DNA of 64,000 nt from a virus, in the UHGV virus genome UHGV-1493261, one strand, 5' to 3'. Below, one piece after another: positions 1 through 8,275 of this stretch. The position numbers and the translations under genes are program-made. The stretch's first letter is position 1. Each line of letters starts with the position of its first letter. The notes beneath the pieces were generated by a model. The model had not been told where the DNA came from. It made no database searches and saw only the letters and a program-made list of their open reading frames with translations.

Positions 1-8
1 GCGAGCTG

Positions 9-437
9 TTGTTTACTGTACCGACTCCAGCTGCTGGCGATACGGACGCGATCTTTGCCGATATGCTGGCCAAGGGGTATCTGGTGTATGACCTCACCCA
101 CGATGTCTACTCCTTTACTTCGCTGAACACCGTGTTTGGATTCACCATCACATCTGAAGCCAACATCCCTGACTGGGGTATCTTGGCATGGGGTGTTGAC
201 GGCCTGGGTGCAACCTACGCATCTTCTGACGTCGGTGCAGTTCTGATTGATGAGGGTGTCACCATGGAGCAGTACCTTGCCCAGTTCCCTCAGCACAATA
301 TCACAGGCAGCGACATCATTTTGGTCCAGCCTGGCGCTATCGCTCTCCCCCGTTTGGTGGGTGGATGGAATCCTCGGCTGAAGGACATCATCGCAGGTAT
401 TCGATCCCACATTCCGGTTGTGAATCCGACGCCGTAA
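9..437 (+). CDS. 3' portion of a gene truncated by the window start; unknown function
   Basis: ORF open from the window edge to the stop at 435-437, followed by a hairpin terminator; no recognisable motif. Confidence 0.4.
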   Translation: MFTVPTPAAGDTDAIFADMLAKGYLVYDLTHDVYSFTSLNTVFGFTITSEANIPDWGILAWGVDGLGATYASSDVGAVLIDEGVTMEQYLAQFPQHNITGSDIILVQPGAIALPRLVGGWNPRLKDIIAGIRSHIPVVNPTP

Positions 438-453
438 AAATAATTCAATAAAA

Positions 454-470
454 GGGGCTTTCGCCCCTTT
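454..470 (+). terminator. Rho-independent terminator-like hairpin (GGGGC-tttc-GCCCC + TTT)
   Basis: 5-6 bp GC stem read at 454-467, short T run; sits after the stop at 437. Confidence 0.45.
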
Positions 471-496
471 ACTTCTTCAATATCCTTCCCTATACT
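468..496 (+). promoter_or_regulatory. sigma70-like early promoter: -35 TTTACT, 17-nt spacer, -10 TATACT
   Basis: Hexamers and 17-nt spacing read directly; same architecture recurs at 7135, 14183 and 33188. Confidence 0.5.
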
Positions 497-523
497 TCAT
501 TCCATAAGCAGTACGACACCAAC

Positions 524-548
524 TTGAAAAGCAGGAACTATATCATGA
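524..548 (+). promoter_or_regulatory. Conserved translation-initiation box TTGAAAAGCAGGAACTATATCATGA
   Basis: Near-identical to 14242-14265; related boxes at 7200-7238, 33227-33262 and 54408-54437 (minus). Confidence 0.4.
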
Positions 549-862
549 CACAACTCAAGAACTTCACAGCCGATGACATGTTTGCCTTCCAGGGTGCTGA
601 GCACTTTGCTGACGGCTCCGTACCTCGCATCTACTACTTCTCCGACGAAGAGATGGAAGCGTTCTTCGACCTGATGGAAAAGGACTACGAACCAGGCGAC
701 TTCGTTTATATCATCCATCACGCTGAAGGACTGACCTTGGGTTGGACGGCCAACAACGAACCAGAAGAAGTAAACTTCCCTGAAGGTATCATGTCAGAGC
801 GCGTCGAATATCTACTGGAAGCCCTGGACCCCACACCCTCCCGCTCTGGGCGATGTCTGTAG
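545..862 (+). CDS. hypothetical early protein (105 aa)
   Basis: ATG at 545 with AGGA 8 nt upstream; the track's TTG start at 524 is probably an extension. Confidence 0.5.
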   Translation: MTQLKNFTADDMFAFQGAEHFADGSVPRIYYFSDEEMEAFFDLMEKDYEPGDFVYIIHHAEGLTLGWTANNEPEEVNFPEGIMSERVEYLLEALDPTPSRSGRCL

Positions 863-884
863 CCCAAGTTCAAAAATAAGATAA

Positions 885-904
885 GGGGGCTGACGCTCCC
901 TTTT
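885..904 (+). terminator. terminator-like hairpin GGGGGC-tgac-GCTCCC + TTTT
   Basis: Inverted repeat with one G-U pair, followed by TTTT. Confidence 0.4.
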
Positions 905-954
905 GGTTTCGCTAATTAGAAGAAACCGCCGTTAATTCAGTCAGGAGATATAAA

Positions 955-3669
955 ATGTCAAAGCTAAGTTTCCTCCAGTTCATGCAGGAAAGAGATCAGT
1001 TGGACGAAGCGTTCAACTCCGCTCCGTATGAGCTGACTATGGGTAAGAAGAACGCAGGCGATGTGTTCTTCACCTTCGTCGACGAAGATGAAAAGGAATA
1101 CCGTATTCAGTTCTATACCCCTCAGGGGCTGGGCAAGAGCGTTCGTCAGGTTTTCATCGGTCAGAAGCGCGGCTCCGTCTATCCTGACGCCATCGCTCGC
1201 TTCAAGAACCCAATGCGCGTTATCGCTTCCATGATCGAAGCGACCAAACAATTCATGGCGACTCCTCTGGGCAAGACCATCGATGGCTTTGCTGTCAACT
1301 TCTCGAAGAAAGCGCTGGATCGCGGTATGACCCTAATTCCTAAGATCATCCGCCAGTCCGGCCTGAAACAAAAACTGAATGTCATGGACCTGACCTACGC
1401 GCCTGTCCCTGACCGTGGTTATGTGTGGCTGGTCCGCAAGGGTAAAGATCCGGCTCAGGTATTCGACGGTCCGAAGATGCAGGGTATCACCTGGGATGAT
1501 CCAGACAAGGTCGGCGACGTTCCGGTTCAGAATAATACTTCGGATGTGGGAGTTGGGGCTGGTTCTTCTGAAATCGAAGTCAACCGCGAGTGGTACAACA
1601 GCTCGGACACTGGTCTGGAGTTGAAGAGCGGGCGAGACCCGATTCGTGGAAACTACGTCCGCCTGATAAGCGGTTCGAAAGAAGTAGCCGCATTCTATGG
1701 TTATGATTTTGACAAATATCCAGACGGGACTGAGGTATCTTGGAATATGAAGCGCGGCTTCACCAACCAAGACTTGGTCGGTGCGTCCATGACCAAACAG
1801 AAGAAAGGCATGTACGATCAGTACACTTTCAAGAAAGGTGCTCAGATAATTCTGGTGGTGGACGTTGACACCAGCAATGACACCAGCAATGACACCAGCA
1901 ATGACAACGGTTGGAAACTCACAAAAGCCGATGCCACTCAACCAATGTTAGTATGGGCGGGGAAAGAAAAAGGTCGCTTAGTCACGGCAAATATCGCTCC
2001 CCACTACAATGAGCCGGGCGTGTATGTTGGCGCATACATGAATGAGAAACCTGTGCGTGGGCAAAGTGCTGATTTCATTGCTCGTCAGTTGAAATTACCA
2101 CAAGTCCCTATCAGTATCCTGAATGATTTCACCACGGCGTCCACAAAATTTTGGAAAGGTTCTCAGCAGAAGTCCGCGCCAGCTGACTCTAACACCACAA
2201 TCGGGGCAACCAGTATCGATCAATTGCGTGACAGCGGTTTCATCGCTCGTGTTCTGGGTATCATTGATGCCAACATTGACCAGAAAGCAAGCCATCTCCC
2301 AGGGGAAAGCATTAAGAAGATCGGACAGGCACGTTATCAAACTAAAGGTGGTCTGGTGATCATCGTCAGCTTCGATTCAGTCGATGGCAAGAATCTGACC
2401 TACAACGTGTTCTCTGAAATCGAAACTCAGCCTGGTGTCATCTCTGGCGATGCTCGTCTGGTGGCAAACAAAATCATGGAAACGATCACACACGTGGCCA
2501 AACATCAGTACACTGGCAAATGGGAAATTAGCGCAGTGCCAACAAGCGCTCCATACCCTATCAAAGCCATTCGCCGTTCTCGGGGCTGGGGTTATGTGGA
2601 AACCGCAAACTGGACTCTGAAAGTGTCCGACGCTGTCCTGAATCGTGTGAAGCCAGGGAACACTGCTCTGCTGGAACTCATCAAAGAACCTCCTCGTGGC
2701 AAGCACCTGCTGGTAATCATCCCAGAGAAGGGCGACAAGACCCTGATGCTGAAAGATCGTATTAGCGGGGCCATCTATGGTTCTATCGACCTGAATGCCC
2801 AGGGTGCTGATATGGTCAACTCTGGAACCCTGAAGATGCCACGCAACGCCATGGTGTTTGGCGAGACTGTCAACGGTATGTCTATCACTTGGTCTGGAAT
2901 CAATTTCCCGAAAACTGGGAAGTATGATGGTGCTGTATTGACCACGAATGTGACCTATTACTACGACAAAGGAAAAGTCGCGTTCACACCGATGATCTCC
3001 CAGAAAGGGCGGCTGCTGAACAATCCGAAGACATATGAACTTCCTTTGAATAAAGACATTGTTCAGGCATTGATCGATGAAATTTCTTCTAAAATGGAAA
3101 TGATATCTCGGAATATGCAAACTCTGAAAAGCACGTCGCATAATCCGAAACAAGTATTTTTGGACGACATTTCTGTTGACAACAACGGTTCAGTCCTTTG
3201 GCGCGGGTACGACATGGCGGATCGCCGCACTAATGATTTTATGTTGGGTATCCTGTCCAAAGAAACCGAGAGACTGGAGAAAGAGTCGAGTACTGCGAAG
3301 AAGACTGGTGCCGACCTTGCGGCATACGCCGACTCCATCCGCGACAACGCACCAAAAGGTCGCGACCTGGATTGGCAGATCTATGCAAGCCGTGATGGTC
3401 AGACTCTGAACGTGGACTGGGATATCACCTTCCGCCGCAACACAACTGAAGGGGCATATCGCGAGTTCAAAGCTCAGATTGACCGCGCCAACCAGTACCT
3501 GCAGACTCTGTACCGGGATGCGAAGTCCAAGGGTTACAACCCGACTGAACCAAACCTGATGACTCTGGCTAGCGCCCAGCAGTCTGACCAGTGGTCACAA
3601 GACAACGGGGAAAGCGCATACAGCGAGTACGAGCAGTCCCTGGGTGGAAACATGCAGATCAAGATCTGA
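955..3669 (+). CDS. large hypothetical protein (904 aa) with internal DTSN x3 repeat
   Basis: Long uninterrupted ORF with SD CAGGAG; no family motif recognised. Confidence 0.6.
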   Translation: MSKLSFLQFMQERDQLDEAFNSAPYELTMGKKNAGDVFFTFVDEDEKEYRIQFYTPQGLGKSVRQVFIGQKRGSVYPDAIARFKNPMRVIASMIEATKQFMATPLGKTIDGFAVNFSKKALDRGMTLIPKIIRQSGLKQKLNVMDLTYAPVPDRGYVWLVRKGKDPAQVFDGPKMQGITWDDPDKVGDVPVQNNTSDVGVGAGSSEIEVNREWYNSSDTGLELKSGRDPIRGNYVRLISGSKEVAAFYGYDFDKYPDGTEVSWNMKRGFTNQDLVGASMTKQKKGMYDQYTFKKGAQIILVVDVDTSNDTSNDTSNDNGWKLTKADATQPMLVWAGKEKGRLVTANIAPHYNEPGVYVGAYMNEKPVRGQSADFIARQLKLPQVPISILNDFTTASTKFWKGSQQKSAPADSNTTIGATSIDQLRDSGFIARVLGIIDANIDQKASHLPGESIKKIGQARYQTKGGLVIIVSFDSVDGKNLTYNVFSEIETQPGVISGDARLVANKIMETITHVAKHQYTGKWEISAVPTSAPYPIKAIRRSRGWGYVETANWTLKVSDAVLNRVKPGNTALLELIKEPPRGKHLLVIIPEKGDKTLMLKDRISGAIYGSIDLNAQGADMVNSGTLKMPRNAMVFGETVNGMSITWSGINFPKTGKYDGAVLTTNVTYYYDKGKVAFTPMISQKGRLLNNPKTYELPLNKDIVQALIDEISSKMEMISRNMQTLKSTSHNPKQVFLDDISVDNNGSVLWRGYDMADRRTNDFMLGILSKETERLEKESSTAKKTGADLAAYADSIRDNAPKGRDLDWQIYASRDGQTLNVDWDITFRRNTTEGAYREFKAQIDRANQYLQTLYRDAKSKGYNPTEPNLMTLASAQQSDQWSQDNGESAYSEYEQSLGGNMQIKI
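1867..1902 (+). repeat. perfect 12-bp tandem repeat x3 (GACACCAGCAAT), in frame, encoding DTSN-DTSN-DTSN
   Basis: Three identical adjacent copies read directly. Confidence 0.9.
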
Positions 3670-3677
3670 TCATCGAA

Positions 3678-3693
3678 AGCCCCTTCGGGGGCT
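3678..3693 (+). terminator. terminator hairpin AGCCCC-ttcg-GGGGCT
   Basis: Perfect 6-bp GC-rich stem immediately after the stop at 3669. Confidence 0.55.
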
Positions 3694-3701
3694 TATAAAT
3701 A
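3694..3701 (+). promoter_or_regulatory. T4-type late promoter TATAAATA
   Basis: Exact TATAAATA octamer 25 nt upstream of the ATG at 3726. Confidence 0.6.
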
Positions 3702-3725
3702 ACTGAAATCCCCGAGGAGATTAAG

Positions 3726-4031
3726 ATGAAACCGTTTATCGAATATTTTAAAGAACAAGCCGCTAAACCTCAGACCCATGCTGGTGTCCAGGGTAAGACC
3801 GTATCCATCACCAAGCAAGCTGACGGCACCCAGTGGTGTTCCGGCGCTACCGTGACCCAGATCACTCCTGACAATCAGGCGGATGTCTACAACCTGGAGT
3901 TAACCAACGGCAACACCATCAAGGTGAAGCTGACCCCAGACCAGACTCACGGTATCTCCCAAGGTCAGGAAGTCGTTGCTGTCCATGACGGTTTCGAATT
4001 CTTCTTTGGCAAGCCTGCCGACAAAGACTAA
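3726..4031 (+). CDS. hypothetical late protein (101 aa)
   Basis: ORF with SD GAGGAG; preceded by a late promoter. Confidence 0.55.
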   Translation: MKPFIEYFKEQAAKPQTHAGVQGKTVSITKQADGTQWCSGATVTQITPDNQADVYNLELTNGNTIKVKLTPDQTHGISQGQEVVAVHDGFEFFFGKPADKD

Positions 4032-4062
4032 GTGAAACCATCAAGATGACTCTTGATCATAA

Positions 4063-4091
4063 TCCCCCTAAATACAGGGGGATTTCTTTTT
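4063..4091 (+). terminator. terminator hairpin TCCCCC-taaataca-GGGGGA + T-rich tail; loop carries a TAAATA late-promoter-like core (4067-4074)
   Basis: Inverted repeat plus TTTCTTTTT. Confidence 0.5.
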
Positions 4092-4105
4092 CTGAGGACA
4101 ACATC

Positions 4106-4459
4106 ATGGTCAATGCGAGTATTTTCATCAACCGTGGACTGCTTGCTATAGCCCACTCTCATGCCTTGCACTTCGTTACAACGTCCTATGCCAAGCACAA
4201 GGCACTCGGGGAGTTCTACGGGGATCTAGAGGACTTGCTGGACACGTTTACCGAAGCATACATCGGTGCAGGTGGTCAGTATGTTCCATCATTCGAGAAT
4301 ATCAAATTGTACAACCCAGACCCTATCTCCTATATTAACAGTGTGGTGATAGACGTCGATGGCATCTACAAGCAGTGTGACTCCCACCTTCAGAGCACTC
4401 TTGACGATATCAAGACACTGTGCTATCAGACGATCTACAAACTGAAGCAGCTGTCGTAA
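4106..4459 (+). CDS. hypothetical protein (117 aa)
   Basis: ATG at 4106 with GAGG 9 nt upstream; the track start at 4046 lies inside the terminator hairpin and is unlikely. Confidence 0.5.
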   Translation: MVNASIFINRGLLAIAHSHALHFVTTSYAKHKALGEFYGDLEDLLDTFTEAYIGAGGQYVPSFENIKLYNPDPISYINSVVIDVDGIYKQCDSHLQSTLDDIKTLCYQTIYKLKQLS

Positions 4460-4516
4460 GTCAATACGAAATAAAGGCATATAATTTTGCTCATTATTCA
4501 CCAAAAGGAAAGGACA

Positions 4517-5128
4517 ATGAGCAAAATCTTTATCCCGTCACACCGCGAAGGATGTGAAATCGCGGCCAACTACCTGCGCGGTCGCATGAACTGCGGCGCT
4601 GTCTTCATCGAGCCAAATTCGTTTGACAACAAAGAATCACCTGATGCCATCGGGTTCCGTTCCGGCGGTTGCTCTATCCTGATGGAAGTGAAGGTGTCTC
4701 GCTCTGATTTCCTTACCGACAAGAAGAAGCCTCATCGCATGGATCCGACGACGGGCATGGGCGCATACCGCTTTTATGTCTGCCCTCAGGACGTGATCAG
4801 GGTTGAAGACCTACCACCGAAGTGGGGGCTGTTCTACTTCACACCCCGCAAGTCCCTGATGCCAGTTCATGTGCCAGACATGCGGTACTCTTTATTGTCA
4901 TCACCAGATCATTATCAGAAGTACCTTGATGAACAGATCAAGAGAGGAAGAACCGTTACTCGGCATATGCGCAGCTACATGGAACTCCTCGAAGGCTTCG
5001 CCCACTTTGAGCGCAACACTGCCGGGGAGCAGAATATCCTGTATGGGGCTTGGCGCCAACTGTGTATAGCTCAAAGTCGTGGTGTAGACTATACTGTGAC
5101 CGAAGTGTTCCAGAGGCCGAAGATCTAA
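4517..5128 (+). CDS. putative PD-(D/E)xK-type nuclease
   Basis: Motif sPDaigf...ilmEvKvS; ATG at 4517 with SD AAAGGAAAGGA; stop overlaps the next start (TAATG). Confidence 0.4.
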   Translation: MSKIFIPSHREGCEIAANYLRGRMNCGAVFIEPNSFDNKESPDAIGFRSGGCSILMEVKVSRSDFLTDKKKPHRMDPTTGMGAYRFYVCPQDVIRVEDLPPKWGLFYFTPRKSLMPVHVPDMRYSLLSSPDHYQKYLDEQIKRGRTVTRHMRSYMELLEGFAHFERNTAGEQNILYGAWRQLCIAQSRGVDYTVTEVFQRPKI

Positions 5129-5784
5129 TGAACTATCAAAAAATTCATGACGCTATAATAACCAGAGCCAGGGATAGAATTTTAACTGGTTACAAGGAAA
5201 AACACCACGTCATCCCTCTATCTCTTGGTGGTGAAGACAGGAACTACAATAAAGTTTCTCTCACAGCATCTGAACATTATATTATTCATCTTCTGTTGGC
5301 AAAAATTCACGGCGGGGTAATGGTCAGCGCATTTAAAAAGATGCGCCACTTGACCTCTAATCCTCCAAACAATAAAGAATTTGCCGCCAGGAGGGAATTG
5401 TTGTGTACGACAGCCGGAGAGAAAGCGAAAGATCCACAAAAACGGAAAAATCATTCTCTGAAAATGAAGGGTAGAAACCATACAGAATCTACCAAATTGT
5501 CAATATCTAATTCCATGACTGGGGAGAATAACCCAATGAAGGGGATACCTGCATGGAGGAATCCGACCAACATCAGCCGAGGAACCCATAAAAATTGGTT
5601 GGCGGCTGGAGAAATTTATGACTTGTACATCACAGGGAAATTTTTAAGAGTTATCGACCTCTTCAATGCTTGCAAATTGCCGACATCATACGGAACGGTT
5701 TCCACCATAAAAACAAAATTGGAATTGGGTTGGAAACCAAGGAAAGACGCGGATTGGTTGCAATTCTATGAGGAACACAAATGA
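5128..5784 (+). CDS. HNH homing endonuclease (free-standing)
   Basis: Motif HHVIPLSLGGEDRNYNKVSLTASEHYIIH; visibly AT-richer than neighbours; translationally coupled on both sides. Confidence 0.7.
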   Translation: MNYQKIHDAIITRARDRILTGYKEKHHVIPLSLGGEDRNYNKVSLTASEHYIIHLLLAKIHGGVMVSAFKKMRHLTSNPPNNKEFAARRELLCTTAGEKAKDPQKRKNHSLKMKGRNHTESTKLSISNSMTGENNPMKGIPAWRNPTNISRGTHKNWLAAGEIYDLYITGKFLRVIDLFNACKLPTSYGTVSTIKTKLELGWKPRKDADWLQFYEEHK

Positions 5785-6839
5785 AATTTCTCGACGAACA
5801 ATTCATAAATTACGTTGCTCCCAGACTCGATAAATTCAAGTGGGAACGTGTTGGGTCTGTCGCAAATTTTAGATGCCCGCTTTGTGGAGATTCTCTCAAA
5901 AGTGCTAATAAGCGACGCGGTTATTTTTTCTTCGATCGAGATAATGATTGCTTTCGGTTCAAATGTCATAATTGCCATAACATGAATGGCTGGTCATTTG
6001 AGTTCTGGCTGAAGAAGTTCGACGAACGCCTCTCAACAGAGTACAACATGGAGAAGTTCCGTCTGCTGGGTGATACTTCGGGCAGACCACTTCCTTCCCT
6101 GAAGCCGTTGCCAAAGCTGACACAGACCGCCCGTATTGGCTCAGTGGCGGCAAAACGCGACGAGAGCCTCCTCGGCAATATGCTACGACTTGATCTGCTA
6201 CCGCCTGACCATAAGGCTCGACAGTACGTACAGTGGCGTGGACTGCCGGATAGCACTTTGTCCCTCCTGTATTACACACAGCACTTCCGCCAGGATCTAC
6301 TCCAGTTCGAAACGAACCCTGAGAAGCAGCTGAAAATTCCCGATGACGAGCGCCTGGTAATCCCATTCTGGACTCAGGATGGTCGCATGAAGATCGTTCA
6401 GGGGCGTGCATTCGACAAGAATGCGACACTGCGCTACGCAACAGTCAAGCCCAAGGATGAAGACACTAAGGTCTATGGTGAAGACCGGGTGAACATTCAC
6501 AAAACCAAGCTGGTTGTGGAAGGTCCGATTGACAGCCTGTTCCTACCCAACTGTCTTGCATCGGCCGACGCTGATCTACTGAGCGTGAAGGGTGACATTT
6601 ATATCCCTGATAATCAGTACCGGAACCCGCAGGTATGTGATGGCATTCAGAAGATGATAGATAAAGGTGTCAAGGTCGTCCTCTTCCCGCCGAATATTCC
6701 GTGGAAGGACATCAATGATATGGTCATGCCTTCGAAGGGTAACATGGCCATACGAGACCTCCTGAAGCTGATCGCCCAGAACGTCTACCAGGGGATGGCT
6801 GCATCACTGCAATTTGCTGAACTGAGGAAAGTGAGATGA
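5781..6839 (+). CDS. 61: DNA primase, T4 gp61-like
   Basis: N-terminal zinc ribbon CPLCGDS...CHNC; motifs VEGPIDSLF and WKDINDM match T4 gp61 as I recall it. Confidence 0.85.
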   Translation: MKFLDEQFINYVAPRLDKFKWERVGSVANFRCPLCGDSLKSANKRRGYFFFDRDNDCFRFKCHNCHNMNGWSFEFWLKKFDERLSTEYNMEKFRLLGDTSGRPLPSLKPLPKLTQTARIGSVAAKRDESLLGNMLRLDLLPPDHKARQYVQWRGLPDSTLSLLYYTQHFRQDLLQFETNPEKQLKIPDDERLVIPFWTQDGRMKIVQGRAFDKNATLRYATVKPKDEDTKVYGEDRVNIHKTKLVVEGPIDSLFLPNCLASADADLLSVKGDIYIPDNQYRNPQVCDGIQKMIDKGVKVVLFPPNIPWKDINDMVMPSKGNMAIRDLLKLIAQNVYQGMAASLQFAELRKVR

Positions 6840-7042
6840 CATTAGAAGAACTGAACAAACTGGACGACGGGGAGATCGTGCGGGGGTACTTGAAATCTCG
6901 TGAGGGGTATGTCCTATCTGGGGAAGAGTCTCCGAGTTTCATCCACGGCTGGAAGAATGGTCAGGTGGACTTCCATGGGGTTCCCATCAGTGCTGAGCAG
7001 GCCGAATTGGCTCGCGAGTTTGTAAGATTTCGCCCGAACTAA
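6836..7042 (+). CDS. small hypothetical protein (68 aa)
   Basis: ORF coupled to the primase stop (ATGA overlap). Confidence 0.4.
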   Translation: MTLEELNKLDDGEIVRGYLKSREGYVLSGEESPSFIHGWKNGQVDFHGVPISAEQAELAREFVRFRPN

Positions 7043-7070
7043 AACTTTTTACTTCACATTACTTCCCTCC

Positions 7071-7094
7071 AGGCCTCGTCGAATGAGGCCTTTT
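7071..7094 (+). terminator. terminator hairpin AGGCCTC-gtcgaat-GAGGCCT + TTTT
   Basis: Perfect 7-bp stem plus T run. Confidence 0.6.
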
Positions 7095-7134
7095 AAAATA
7101 CTTCAAAAATATTTTAAAAAATTATTGAAAAGAC

Positions 7135-7163
7135 TTTACTATTCAATAATAGCGCACTATTAT
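7135..7163 (+). promoter_or_regulatory. sigma70-like early promoter: -35 TTTACT, 17-nt spacer, -10 TATTAT, AT-rich upstream region
   Basis: Direct read; A/T tract 7095-7130 upstream. Confidence 0.55.
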
Positions 7164-7199
7164 AATTCACATAGGGCGGTAACACACCGCCGAATGAAA

Positions 7200-7238
7200 G
7201 TGAAACGCACCAACTACATTATGAGGAATTACATCATG
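7200..7238 (+). promoter_or_regulatory. Conserved translation-initiation box, tandem ACTACATyATG copies
   Basis: caACTACATTATGAGGaattACATCATGg. Confidence 0.4.
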
Positions 7239-7724
7239 GCTACTACCAAAACTCTGATCACCAACGGCACCATCTCTTTCGAACTGAACACCGAAGTTGC
7301 TAAAGTTGAAATGTTCCGCATAGCTCAGGCAGCTGGCTTCACTGGTGGCAAAACTTCCTTCATGAACCTACTGAACGGTAAAGTGAAAGCGACTAACGGC
7401 TTCACCCTGGTAGAGCAGGTTGTGGTTGATAAAGCTGTGGTTGCTAAGACTGCCGACAAAGTTGGTATGCTGAAAAGCCTGGGCCACGACATCCGCATTG
7501 TCGAAGCAAACACCGAAACTTACGGCACCATCGTAGTCGGTAAAGGTCGCATCCAGCTGAACCCGCTGAACAACGGTTCCTTCTCTGTGATGGTCTTCCC
7601 TAAGAAGGGCTACGACAACACCGACATCGTGAAAGCTGCTGGTGGCGAAGCAAAAGCTCAGTACGTCAAAATGGGTAAACTGAGCGCCGACGCAGTTGAA
7701 GCTCTGGTGAGCAAACTGGCGTAA
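7236..7724 (+). CDS. hypothetical early protein (162 aa), probably highly expressed
   Basis: ATG at 7236 with GAGG 9 nt upstream; strong promoter and terminators on both sides. Confidence 0.55.
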   Translation: MATTKTLITNGTISFELNTEVAKVEMFRIAQAAGFTGGKTSFMNLLNGKVKATNGFTLVEQVVVDKAVVAKTADKVGMLKSLGHDIRIVEANTETYGTIVVGKGRIQLNPLNNGSFSVMVFPKKGYDNTDIVKAAGGEAKAQYVKMGKLSADAVEALVSKLA

Positions 7725-7731
7725 CCGGTGA

Positions 7732-7765
7732 CGGGGGAGGTGACTCCCCTCCTTTCAGGTTTTTG
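7732..7765 (+). terminator. imperfect GC hairpin followed by TTTCAGGTTTTT
   Basis: GGGGGAGG/CCCCTCC arms with a bulge, then T-rich tail. Confidence 0.4.
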
Positions 7766-7778
7766 GTAGGAGACCATC

Positions 7779-7967
7779 ATGTCACAAGCAATTATCCACC
7801 CCTCTTCAGGCGCTCTCTGGGTAGCCAGCCGCATTCCTAACAAAGTCTTCCCTCAGTTCCAAGAGGAGCTAGAGCAAGCGATGTTGTCCGTGTTGGAAAA
7901 ATACGGATACGACACTGAAGTTCGTGCTTCCTTTGGTGAAATCATGCCCGTGGTGGTGACCCGATGA
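7779..7967 (+). CDS. small hypothetical protein
   Basis: ORF with SD TAGGAGA. Confidence 0.4.
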   Translation: MSQAIIHPSSGALWVASRIPNKVFPQFQEELEQAMLSVLEKYGYDTEVRASFGEIMPVVVTR

Positions 7968-8164
7968 AACTGACTCTAGATCAGTTGGCCAGAGCCTCTT
8001 GCGCCCATCTCAAAGAAGTGACGGGTAAAGTATGGACACCATCCGTAATCACTTCTGCTGGGATGATCATGCTAACATCTGAGTCTTCCGTTCTGACTCT
8101 GTTTTATAGGGAACGAGAAGGTAGTTGGGCAGCTCGGCCTAGTGACAAAACCAAAGAAGAGTGA
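7964..8164 (+). CDS. small hypothetical protein
   Basis: ORF coupled to the upstream stop. Confidence 0.35.
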   Translation: MKLTLDQLARASCAHLKEVTGKVWTPSVITSAGMIMLTSESSVLTLFYREREGSWAARPSDKTKEE

Positions 8165-8275
8165 ATCCGCTGTTGGTGCTTATAACGCCATGAAGCGTGA
8201 CTTTGGTCCGATGATAGCCAAGTACAACACCATGCTGGAATCTATGTAGTCTCAACCCCTATGAGAGGAAACAAA

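Noticed and set aside
964-3153. Minus-strand and alternate-frame ORFs inside the 904-aa gene (e.g. 964-1251, 1333-1941, 2377-3153)
   Set aside because: They lie antisense within a long, well-supported ORF and have no SD; treated as shadow ORFs
4046-4105. ATG at 4046 as start of the 4106 gene
   Set aside because: It lies inside the terminator hairpin with no SD; the ATG at 4106 has GAGG at correct spacing
7083-7235. N-terminal extension of the 7236 gene
   Set aside because: The extension would run through the promoter and AT-rich upstream region; the ATG at 7236 has a properly spaced GAGG
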